Shown: positions 1 to 12,300 of the stretch, piece by piece
Layout of the letters: each line of letters starts with the position of its first letter
Position numbering within the stretch: position 1 is the stretch's first letter
DNA from: Auanema rhodensis
Taxonomy: Eukaryota; Animalia; Nematoda
Assembly: GCA_964057225.1 (NCBI GenBank)
Contig: OZ059900.1
Span: forward strand, 8,308,001-8,372,000
DNA: 64,000 nt
Direction of reading: 5' to 3'
Program-made: the position numbers and the translations under genes
Notes under the pieces: generated by a model
What the model was told of the DNA's origin: nothing
What the model saw: the letters and a program-made list of their open reading frames with translations, nothing else
The model's database searches: none

Positions 1-348
1 GGACCGAAAATATCAAGAATTATTGGTTTTTTGGGGTTTGAAGGGCATTTTGGCTAAATCAGTCAAACTTTTGATCTTAAGCATATTTTTTTTTTCTAAA
101 ACGACTAAATGTATGAAATACTGTCATAGAATGTTCATATAGGTGTATTTTGCACGAATATCAAAACTGATTGAAATATGGGCCTTTTTATGCTCAAAAC
201 GCCATATATTCAACGATTTTGGGTACAAAACATGTGAAAACTGTATGTTTTGATCAGACCCTTTGAGATATGGATTTGAAATTCAGGATTCATAAACTTT
301 GACTATTTTTACATAAATATGTTCAATTTTAACCACTTTGGTCAAAAA
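1..348. repeat. Representative satellite monomer (348 bp, ~30% GC, many A/T tracts)
   Basis: Positions 1-348 are one full period. Hand count is about 106 G+C of 348 for the consensus. Common polymorphic positions in this numbering are 37 (T/A), 45 (G/A), 55 (T/A), 316 (T/A) and 323 (C/T). Confidence 0.97.
221..261. other. Dyad symmetry present in every monomer: CAAAACAT-N11-ATGTTTTG, flanked by GGGT...ACCC
   Basis: CAAAACAT (226-233) is the exact reverse complement of ATGTTTTG (245-252), and GGGT (221-224) can pair with ACCC (258-261). The sequence is certain; the function is unknown. Confidence 0.75.
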
Positions 349-3300
349 GGACCGAAAATATCAAGAATTATTGGTTTTTTGGGGATTGAAGGGCATTTTG
401 GCAAAATCAGTCAAACTTTTGATCTTAAGCATATTTTTTTCTTCTAAAACGACTAAATGTATGGAATACTGTCATAGAATGTTCATATAGGTGTATTTTG
501 CACGAATATCAAAACTGATTGAAATATGGGCCTTTTTATGCTCAAAACGCCATATATTCAACGATTTTGGGTACAAAACATGTGAAAACTGTATGTTTTG
601 ATCAGACCCTTTGAGATATGGATTTGAAATTCAGGATTCATAAACTTTGACTATTTTTACATATATATGTTCAATTTTAACCACTTTGGTCAAAAAGGAC
701 CGAAAATATCAAGAATTATTGGTTTTTTGGGGATTGAAGGGCATTTTGGCAAAATCAGTCAAACTTTTGATCTTAAGCATATTTTTTTCTTCTAAAACGA
801 CTAAATGTATGGAATACTGTCATAGAATGTTCATATAGGTGTATTTTGCACGAATATCAAAACTGATTGAAATATGGGCCTTTTTATGCTCAAAACGCCA
901 TATATTCAACGATTTTGGGTACAAAACATGTGAAAACTGTATGTTTTGATCAGACCCTTTGAGATATGGATTTGAAATTCAGGATTCATAAACTTCGACT
1001 ATTTTTACATATATATGTCCAATTTTAACCACTTTGGTCAAAAAGGACCGAAAATATCAAGAATTATTGGTTTTTTGGGGTTTGAAGGGCATTTTGGCTA
1101 AATCAGTCAAACTTTTGATCTTAAGCATATTTTTTTTTTTCTAAAACGACTAAATGTATGAAATACTGTCATAGAATGTTCATATAGGTGTATTTTGCAC
1201 GAATATCAAAACTGATTGAAATATGGGCCTTTTTATGCTCAAAACGCCATATATTCAACGATTTTGGGTACAAAACATGTGAAAACTGTATGTTTTGATC
1301 AGACCCTTTGAGATATGGATTTGAAATTCAGGATTCATAAACTTTGACTATTTTTACATATATATGTCCAATTTTAACCACTTTGGTCAAAAAGGACCGA
1401 AAATATCAAGAATTATTGGTTTTTTGGGGTTTGAAGGACATTTTGGCTAAATCAGTTAAACTTTTGATCTTAAGCATATTTTTTTCTTCTAAAACGACTA
1501 AATGTATGGAATACTGTCATAGAATGTTCATATAGGTGTATTTTGCACGAATATCAAAACTGATTGAAATATGGGCCTTTTTATGCTCAAAACGCCATAT
1601 ATTCAACGATTTTGGGTACAAAACATGTGAAAACTGTATGTTTTGATCAGACCCTTTGAGATATGGATTTGAAATTCAGGATTCATAAACTTTGACTATT
1701 TTTACATATATATGTTCAATTTTAACCACTTTGGTCAAAAAGGACCGAAAATATCAAGAATTATTGGTTTTTTGGGGATTGAAGGGCATTTTGGCAAAAT
1801 CAGTCAAACTTTTGATCTTAAGCATATTTTTTTCTTCTAAAACGACTAAATGTATGGAATACTGTCATAGAATGTTGATAGAGGTGTATTTTGCACGAAT
1901 ATCGAAACTGATTGAAATATGGGCCTTTTTATGCTCAAAACGCCATATATTCAACGATTTTGGGTACAAAACATGTGAAAACTGTATGTTTTGATCAGAC
2001 CCTTTGAGATATGGATTTGAAATTCAGGATTCATAAACTTCGACTATTTTCACATATATATGTCCAATTTTAACCACTTTGGTCAAAAAGGACCGAAAAT
2101 ATCAAGAATTATTGGTTTTTTGGGGTTTGAAGGGCATTTTGGCTAAATCAGTCAAACTTTTGATCTTAAGCATATTTTTTTTTTCTAAAACGACTAAATG
2201 TATGAAATACTGTCATAGAATGTTCATATAGGTGTATTTTGCACGAATATCAAAACTGATTGAAATATGGGCCTTTTTATGCTCAAAACGCCATATATTC
2301 AACGATTTTGGGTACAAAACATGTGAAAACTGTATGTTTTGATCAGACCCTTTGAGATATGGATTTGAAATTCAGGATTCATAAACTTTGACTATTTTTA
2401 CATATTTATGTCCAATTTTAACCACTTTGGTCAAAAAGGACCGAAAATATCAAGAATTATTGGTTTTTTGGGGTTTGAAGGACATTTTGGCTAAATCAGT
2501 CAAACTTTTGATCTTAAGCATATTTTTTTCTTCTAAAACGACTAAATGTATGAAATACTGTCATAGAATGTTCATATAGGTGTATTTTGCACGAATATCA
2601 AAACTGATTGAAATATGGGCCTTTTTATGCTCAAAACGCCATATATTCAACGATTTTGGGTACAAAACATGTGAAAACTGTATGTTTTGATCAGACCCTT
2701 TGAGATATGGATTTGAAATTCAGGATTCATAAACTTTGACTATTTTTACATATATATGTTCAATTTTAACCACTTTGGTCAAAAAGGACCGAAAATATCA
2801 AGAATTATTGGTTTTTTGGGGTTTGAAGGGCATTTTGGCTAAATCAGTCAAACTTTTGATCTTAAGCATATTTTTTTTTTCTAAAACGACTAAATGTATG
2901 AAATACTGTCATAGAATGTTCATATAGGTGTATTTTGCACGAATATCAAAACTGATTGAAATATGGGCCTTTTTATGCTCAAAACGCCATATATTCAACG
3001 ATTTTGGGTACAAAACATGTGAAAACTGTATGTTTTGATCAGACCCTTTGAGATATGGATTTGAAATTCAGGATTCATAAACTTTGACTATTTTTACATA
3101 TATATGTCCAATTTTAACCACTTTGGTCAAAAAGGACCGAAAATATCAAGAATTATTGGTTTTTTGGGGTTTGAAGGACATTTTGGCTAAATCAGTCAAA
3201 CTTTTGATCTTAAGCATATTTTTTTCTTCTAAAACGACTAAATGTATGAAATACTGTCATAGAATGTTCATATAGGTGTATTTTGCACGAATATCAAAAC

Positions 3301-5885
3301 TGATTGAAATATGGGCCTTTTTATGCTCAAAACGCCATATATTCAACGATTTTGGGTACAAAACATGTGAAAACTGTATGTTTTGATCAGACCCTTTGAG
3401 ATATGGATTTGAAATTCAGGATTCATAAACTTTGACTATTTTTACATATATATGTTCAATTTTAACCACTTTGGTCAAAAAGGACCGAAAATATCAAGAA
3501 TTATTGGTTTTTTGGGGATTGAAGGGCATTTTGGCAAAATCAGTCAAACTTTTGATCTTAAGCATATTTTTTTCTTCTAAAACGACTAAATGTATGGAAT
3601 ACTGTCATAGAATGTTGATAGAGGTGTATTTTGCACGAATATCGAAACTGATTGAAATATGGGCCTTTTTATGCTCAAAACGCCATATATTCAACGATTT
3701 TGGGTACAAAACATGTGAAAACTGTATGTTTTGATCAGACCCTTTGAGATATGGATTTGAAATTCAGGATTCATAAACTTTGACTATTTTTACATATATA
3801 TGTCCAATTTTAACCACTTTGGTCAAAAAGGACCGAAAATATCAAGAATTATTGGTTTTTTGGGGTTTGAAGGACATTTTGGCTAAATCAGTCAAACTTT
3901 TGATCTTAAGCATATTTTTTTCTTCTAAAACGACTAAATGTATGAAATACTGTCATAGAATGTTCATATAGGTGTATTTTGCACGAATATCAAAACTGAT
4001 TGAAATATGGGCCTTTTTATGCTCAAAACGCCATATATTCAACGATTTTGGGTACAAAACATGTGAAAACTGTATGTTTTGATCAGACCCTTTGAGATAT
4101 GGATTTAAAATTCAGGATTCATAAACTTTGACTATTTTTACATAAATATGTTCAATTTTAACCACTTTGGTCAAAAAGGACCGAAAATATCAAGAATTAT
4201 TGGTTTTTTGGGGATTGAAGGGCATTTTGGCAAAATCAGTCAAACTTTTGATCTTAAGCATATTTTTTTCTTCTAAAACAACTAAATGTATGAAATACTG
4301 TCATAGAATGTTCATATAGGTGTATTTTGCACGAATATCAAAACTGATTGAAATATGGGCCTTTTTATGCTCAAAACGCCATATATTCAACGATTTTGGG
4401 TACAAAACATGTGAAAACTGTATGTTTTGATCAGACCCTTTGAGATATGGATTTAAAATTCAGGATTCATAAACTTTGACTATTTTTACATAAATATGTT
4501 CAATTTTAACCACTTTGGTCAAAAAGGACCGAAAATATCAAGAATTATTGGTTTTTTGGGGATTGAAGGGCATTTTGGCAAAATCAGTCAAACTTTTGAT
4601 CTTAAGCATATTTTTTTCTTCTAAAACGACTAAATGTATGAAATACTGTCATAGAATGTTCATATAGGTGTATTTTGCACGAATATCAAAACTGATTGAA
4701 ATATGGGCCTTTTTATGCTCAAAACGCCATATATTCAACGATTTTGGGTACAAAACATGTGAAAACTGTATGTTTTGATCAGACCCTTTGAGATATGGAT
4801 TTGAAATTCAGGATTCATAAACTTTGACTATTTTTACATGTTTATGTCCAATTTTAACCACTTTGGTCAAAAAGGACCGAAAATATCAAGAATTATTGGT
4901 TTTTTGGGGTTTGAAGGACATTTTGGCTAAATCAGTCAAACTTTTGATCTTAAGCATATTTTTTTCTTCTAAAACGACTAAATGTATGAAATACTGTCAT
5001 AGAATGTTCATATAGGTGTATTTTGCACGAATATCAAAACTGATTGAAATATGGGCCTTTTTATGCTCAAAACGCCATATATTCAACGATTTTGGGTACA
5101 AAACATGTGAAAACTGTATGTTTTGATCAGACCCTTTGAGATATGGATTTGAAATTCAGGATTCATAAACTTTGACTATTTTTACATAAATATGTTCAAT
5201 TTTAACCACTTTGGTCAAAAAGGACCGAAAATATCAAGAATTATTGGTTTTTTGGGGTTTGAAGGGCATTTTGGCAAAATCAGTCAAACTTTTGATCCTA
5301 AGCATATTTTTTTCTTCTAAAACGACTAAATGTATGAAATACTGTCATAGAATGTTCATATAGGTGTATTTTGCACGAATATCAAAACTGATTGAAATAT
5401 GGGCCTTTTTATGCTCAAAACGCCATATATTCAACGATTTTGGGTACAAAACATGTGAAAACTGTATGTTTTGATCAGACCCTTTGAGATATGGATTTGA
5501 AATTCAGGATTTATAAACTTTGACTATTTTTACATATATATGTTCAATTTTAACCACTTTGGTCAAAAAGGACCGAAAATATCAAGAATTATTGGTTTTT
5601 TGGGGATTGAAGGGCATTTTGGCAAAATCAGTCAAACTTTTGATCTTAAGCATATTTTTTTCTTCTAAAACGACTAAATGTATGGAATACTGTCATAGAA
5701 TGTTGATAGAGGTGTATTTTGCACGAATATCGAAACTGATTGAAATATGGGCCTTTTTATGCTCAAAACGCCATATATTCAACGATTTTGGGTACAAAAC
5801 ATGTGAAAACTGTATGTTTTGATCAGACCCTTTGAGATATGGATTTGAAATTCAGGATTTATAAACTTTGACTATTTTTACATAT

Positions 5886-8800
5886 ATATGTTCAATTTTA
5901 ACCACTTTGGTCAAAAAGGACCGAAAATATCAAGAATTATTGGTTTTTTGGGGATTGAAGGGCATTTTGGCAAAATCAGTCAAACTTTTGATCTTAAGCA
6001 TATTTTTTTCTTCTAAAACGACTAAATGTATGGAATACTGTCATAGAATGTTGATAGAGGTGTATTTTGCACGAATATCGAAACTGATTGAAATATGGGC
6101 CTTTTTATGCTCAAAACGCCATATATTCAACGATTTTGGGTACAAAACATGTGAAAACTGTATGTTTTGATCAGACCCTTTGAGATATGGATTTGAAATT
6201 CAGGATTCATAAACTTCGACTATTTTTACATATATATGTCCAATTTTAACCACTTTGGTCAAAAAGGACCGAAAATATCAAGAATTATTGGTTTTTTGGG
6301 GTTTGAAGGGCATTTTGGCTAAATCAGTCAAACTTTTGATCTTAAGCATATTTTTTTTTTCTAAAACGACTAAATGTATGAAATACTGTCATAGAATGTT
6401 CATATAGGTGTATTTTGCACGAATATCAAAACTGATTGAAATATGGGCCTTTTTATGCTCAAAACGCCATATATTCAACGATTTTGGGTACAAAACATGT
6501 GAAAACTGTATGTTTTGATCAGACCCTTTGAGATATGGATTTGAAATTCAGGATTCATAAACTTTGACTATTTTTACATATATATGTCCAATTTTAACCA
6601 CTTTGGTCAAAAAGGACCGAAAATATCAAGAATTATTGGTTTTTTGGGGTTTGAAGGACATTTTGGCTAAATCAGTCAAACTTTTGATCTTAAGCATATT
6701 TTTTTCTTCTAAAACGACTAAATGTATGAAATACTGTCATAGAATGTTCATATAGGTGTATTTTGCACGAATATCAAAACTGATTGAAATATGGGCCTTT
6801 TTATGCTCAAAACGCCATATATTCAACGATTTTGGGTACAAAACATGTGAAAACTGTATGTTTTGATCAGACCCTTTGAGATATGGATTTGAAATTCAGG
6901 ATTCATAAACTTTGACTATTTTTACATATATATGTCCAATTTTAACCACTTTGGTCAAAAAGGACCGAAAATATCAAGAATTATTGGTTTTTTGGGGATT
7001 GAAGGGCATTTTGGCAAAATCAGTCAAACTTTTGATCTTAAGCATATTTTTTTCTTCTAAAACGACTAAATGTATGAAATACTGTCATAGAATGTTCATA
7101 TAGGTGTATTTTGCACGAATATCAAAACTGATTGAAATATGGGCCTTTTTATGCTCAAAACGCCATATATTCAACGATTTTGGGTACAAAACATGTGAAA
7201 ACTGTATGTTTTGATCAGACCCTTTGAGATATGGATTTGAAATTCAGGATTCATAAACTTTGACTATTTTTACATATATATGTCCAATTTTAACCACTTT
7301 GGTCAAAAAGGACCGAAAATATCAAGAATTATTGGTTTTTTGGGGTTTGAAGGGCATTTTGGCAAAATCAGTCAAACTTTTGATCTTAAGCATATTTTTT
7401 TCTTCTAAAACAACTAAATGTATGAAATACTGTCATAGAATGTTCATATAGGTGTATTTTGCACGAATATCAAAACTGATTGAAATATGGGCCTTTTTAT
7501 GCTCAAAACGCCATATATTCAACGATTTTGGGTACAAAACATGTGAAAACTGTATGTTTTGATCAGACCCTTTGAGATATGGATTTAAAATTCAGGATTC
7601 ATAAACTTTGACTATTTTTACATAAATATGTTCAATTTTAACCACTTTGGTCAAAAAGGACCGAAAATATCAAGAATTATTGGTTTTTTGGGGATTGAAG
7701 GGCATTTTGGCAAAATCAGTCAAACTTTTGATCTTAAGCATATTTTTTTCTTCTAAAACGACTAAATGTATGGAATACTGTCATAGAATGTTGATAGAGG
7801 TGTATTTTGCACGAATATCGAAACTGATTGAAATATGGGCCTTTTTATGCTCAAAACGCCATATATTCAACGATTTTGGGTACAAAACATGTGAAAACTG
7901 TATGTTTTGATCAGACCCTTTGAGATATGGATTTGAAATTCAGGATTCATAAACTTCGACTATTTTTACATATATATGTCCAATTTTAACCACTTTGGTC
8001 AAAAAGGACCGAAAATATCAAGAATTATTGGTTTTTTGGGGTTTGAAGGGCATTTTGGCTAAATCAGTCAAACTTTTGATCTTAAGCATATTTTTTTTTT
8101 CTAAAACGACTAAATGTATGAAATACTGTCATAGAATGTTCATATAGGTGTATTTTGCACGAATATCAAAACTGATTGAAATATGGGCCTTTTTATGCTC
8201 AAAACGCCATATATTCAACGATTTTGGGTACAAAACATGTGAAAACTGTATGTTTTGATCAGACCCTTTGAGATATGGATTTGAAATTCAGGATTCATAA
8301 ACTTTGACTATTTTTACATATATATGTCCAATTTTAACCACTTTGGTCAAAAAGGACCGAAAATATCAAGAATTATTGGTTTTTTGGGGTTTGAAGGACA
8401 TTTTGGCTAAATCAGTCAAACTTTTGATCTTAAGCATATTTTTTTCTTCTAAAACGACTAAATGTATGAAATACTGTCATAGAATGTTCATATAGGTGTA
8501 TTTTGCACGAATATCAAAACTGATTGAAATATGGGCCTTTTTATGCTCAAAACGCCATATATTCAACGATTTTGGGTACAAAACATGTGAAAACTGTATG
8601 TTTTGATCAGACCCTTTGAGATATGGATTTGAAATTCAGGATTCATAAACTTTGACTATTTTTACATATATATGTCCAATTTTAACCACTTTGGTCAAAA
8701 AGGACCGAAAATATCAAGAATTATTGGTTTTTTGGGGATTGAAGGGCATTTTGGCAAAATCAGTCAAACTTTTGATCTTAAGCATATTTTTTTCTTCTAA

Positions 8801-9326
8801 AACGACTAAATGTATGAAATACTGTCATAGAATGTTCATATAGGTGTATTTTGCACGAATATCAAAACTGATTGAAATATGGGCCTTTTTATGCTCAAAA
8901 CGCCATATATTCAACGATTTTGGGTACAAAACATGTGAAAACTGTATGTTTTGATCAGACCCTTTGAGATATGGATTTGAAATTCAGGATTCATAAACTT
9001 TGACTATTTTTACATATATATGTCCAATTTTAACCACTTTGGTCAAAAAGGACCGAAAATATCAAGAATTATTGGTTTTTTGGGGTTTGAAGGGCATTTT
9101 GGCAAAATCAGTCAAACTTTTGATCTTAAGCATATTTTTTTCTTCTAAAACAACTAAATGTATGAAATACTGTCATAGAATGTTCATATAGGTGTATTTT
9201 GCACGAATATCAAAACTGATTGAAATATGGGCCTTTTTATGCTCAAAACGCCATATATTCAACGATTTTGGGTACAAAACATGTGAAAACTGTATGTTTT
9301 GATCAGACCCTTTGAGATATGGATTT
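5886..9326. repeat. 5-monomer (1740-bp period) local block duplication
   Basis: The order 'E' haplotype / TTCGAC+T10 / GGAC / GGGA+GCA / AAAACAAC occurs in monomers 5868-7260 and again in 7608-9000. Confidence 0.8.
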
Positions 9327-12300
9327 GAAATTCAGGATTCATAAACTTTGACTATTTTTACATATATATGTCCAATTTTAACCACTTTGGTCAAAAAGGA
9401 CCGAAAATATCAAGAATTATTGGTTTTTTGGGGTTTGAAGGACATTTTGGCTAAATCAGTCAAACTTTTGATCTTAAGCATATTTTTTTCTTCTAAAACG
9501 ACTAAATGTATGAAATACTGTCATAGAATGTTCATATAGGTGTATTTTGCACGAATATCAAAACTGATTGAAATATGGGCCTTTTTATGCTCAAAACGCC
9601 ATATATTCAACGATTTTGGGTACAAAACATGTGAAAACTGTATGTTTTGATCAGACCCTTTGAGATATGGATTTAAAATTCAGGATTCATAAACTTTGAC
9701 TATTTTTACATAAATATGTTCAATTTTAACCACTTTGGTCAAAAAGGACCGAAAATATCAAGAATTATTGGTTTTTTGGGGATTGAAGGGCATTTTGGCA
9801 AAATCAGTCAAACTTTTGATCTTAAGCATATTTTTTTCTTCTAAAACGACTAAATGTATGAAATACTGTCATAGAATGTTCATATAGGTGTATTTTGCAC
9901 GAATATCAAAACTGATTGAAATATGGGCCTTTTTATGCTCAAAACGCCATATATTCAACGATTTTGGGTACAAAACATGTGAAAACTGTATGTTTTGATC
10001 AGACCCTTTGAGATATGGATTTGAAATTCAGGATTCATAAACTTTGACTATTTTTACATAAATATGTTCAATTTTAACCACTTTGGTCAAAAAGGACCGA
10101 AAATATCAAGAATTATTGGTTTTTTGGGGTTTGAAGGGCATTTTGGCTAAATCAGTCAAACTTTTGATCTTAAGCATATTTTTTTCTTCTAAAACGACTA
10201 AATGTATGAAATACTGTCATAGAATGTTCATATAGGTGTATCTTGCACGAATATCAAAACTGATTGAAATATGGGCCTTTTTATGCTCAAAACGCCATAT
10301 ATTCAACGATTTTGGGTACAAAACATGTGAAAACTGTATGTTTTGATCAGACCCTTTGAGATATGGATTTGAAATTCAGGATTCATAAACTTTGACTATT
10401 TTTACATATATATGTTCAATTTTAACCACTTTGGTCAAAAAGGACCGAAAATATCAAGAATTATTGGTTTTTTGGGGATTGAAGGGCATTTTGGCAAAAT
10501 CAGTCAAACTTTTGATCTTAAGCATATTTTTTTCTTCTAAAACGACTAAATGTATGGAATACTGTCATAGAATGTTGATAGAGGTGTATTTTGCACGAAT
10601 ATCGAAACTGATTGAAATATGGGCCTTTTTATGCTCAAAACGCCATATATTCAACGATTTTGGGTACAAAACATGTGAAAACTGTATGTTTTGATCAGAC
10701 CCTTCGAGATATGGATTTGAAATTCAGGATTCATAAACGTTGACTATTTTTACATATATATGTCCAATTTTAACCACTTTGGTCAAAAAGGACCGAAAAT
10801 ATCAAGAATTATTGGTTTTTTGGGGTTTGAAGGGCATTTTGGCTAAATCAGTCAAACTTTTGATCTTAAGCATATTTTTTTCTTCTAAAACGACTAAATG
10901 TATGAAATACTGTCATAGAATGTTCATATAGGTGTATTTTGCACGAATATCAAAACTGATTGAAATATGGGCCTTTTTATGCTCAAAACGCCATATATTC
11001 AACGATTTTGGGTACAAAACATGTGAAAACTGTATGTTTTGATCAGACCCTTTGAGATATGGATTTGAAATTCAGGATTCATAAACGTTGACTATTTTTA
11101 CATATATATGTCCAATTTTAACCACTTTGGTCAAAAAGGACCGAAAATATCAAGAATTATTGGTTTTTTGGGGTTTGAAGGACATTTTGGCTAAATCAGT
11201 CAAACTTTTGATCTTAAGCATATTTTTTTCTTCTAAAACGACTAAATGTATGAAATACTGTCATAGAATGTTCATATAGGTGTATTTTGCACGAATATCA
11301 AAACTGATTGAAATATGGGCCTTTTTATGCTCAAAACGCCATATATTCAACGATTTTGGGTACAAAACATGTGAAAACTGTATGTTTTGATCAGACCCTT
11401 TGAGATATGGATTTGAAATTCAGGATTCATAAACTTTGACTATTTTTACATATATATGTCCAATTTTAACCACTTTGGTCAAAAAGGACCGAAAATATCA
11501 AGAATTATTGGTTTTTTGGGGATTGAAGGGCATTTTGGCAAAATCAGTCAAACTTTTGATCTTAAGCATATTTTTTTCTTCTAAAACGACTAAATGTATG
11601 AAATACTGTCATAGAATGTTCATATAGGTGTATTTTGCACGAATATCAAAACTGATTGAAATATGGGCCTTTTTATGCTCAAAACGCCATATATTCAACG
11701 ATTTTGGGTACAAAACATGTGAAAACTGTATGTTTTGATCAGACCCTTTGAGATATGGATTTGAAATTCAGGATTCATAAACTTTGACTATTTTTACATA
11801 TATATGTCCAATTTTAACCACTTTGGTCAAAAAGGACCGAAAATATCAAGAATTATTGGTTTTTTGGGGTTTGAAGGGCATTTTGGCTAAATCAGTCAAA
11901 CTTTTGATCTTAAGCATATTTTTTTTTTCTAAAACGACTAAATGTATGAAATACTGTCATAGAATGTTCATATAGGTGTATTTTGCACGAATATCAAAAC
12001 TGATTGAAATATGGGCCTTTTTATGCTCAAAACGCCATATATTCAACGATTTTGGGTACAAAACATGTGAAAACTGTATGTTTTGATCAGACCCTTTGAG
12101 ATATGGATTTGAAATTCAGGATTCATAAACTTTGACTATTTTTACATATATATGTCCAATTTTAACCACTTTGGTCAAAAAGGACCGAAAATATCAAGAA
12201 TTATTGGTTTTTTGGGGTTTGAAGGACATTTTGGCTAAATCAGTCAAACTTTTGATCTTAAGCATATTTTTTTCTTCTAAAACGACTAAATGTATGAAAT

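Noticed and set aside
1-348. Tandem RNA gene unit (5S rRNA, tRNA, snRNA, spliced leader)
   Set aside because: I could recognise no 5S, tRNA, U snRNA or known spliced-leader sequence on either strand. An Infernal/Rfam scan would be the formal test.
1-348. Monomer as a diverged dimer (2x174) or trimer (3x116)
   Set aside because: Short internal similarities (TTTTGATC at 69/248, AATATCAA at 9/157, TGAAATACTGT vs TGAAAACTGT) have inconsistent offsets, so no sub-repeat is supported by eye.
1-348. CENP-B box or telomere repeat
   Set aside because: There is no TTCG-N4-A-N2-CGGG match. The single TTTAGGG near 50330 is a private point variant, and TTTTGGGG occurs at most once per monomer, not in tandem.
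1130-1140. T11 run giving a 349-bp monomer
   Set aside because: It is a singleton +1 in a long homopolymer whose sister monomers have T10, so it may be a sequencing error and is not interpreted.
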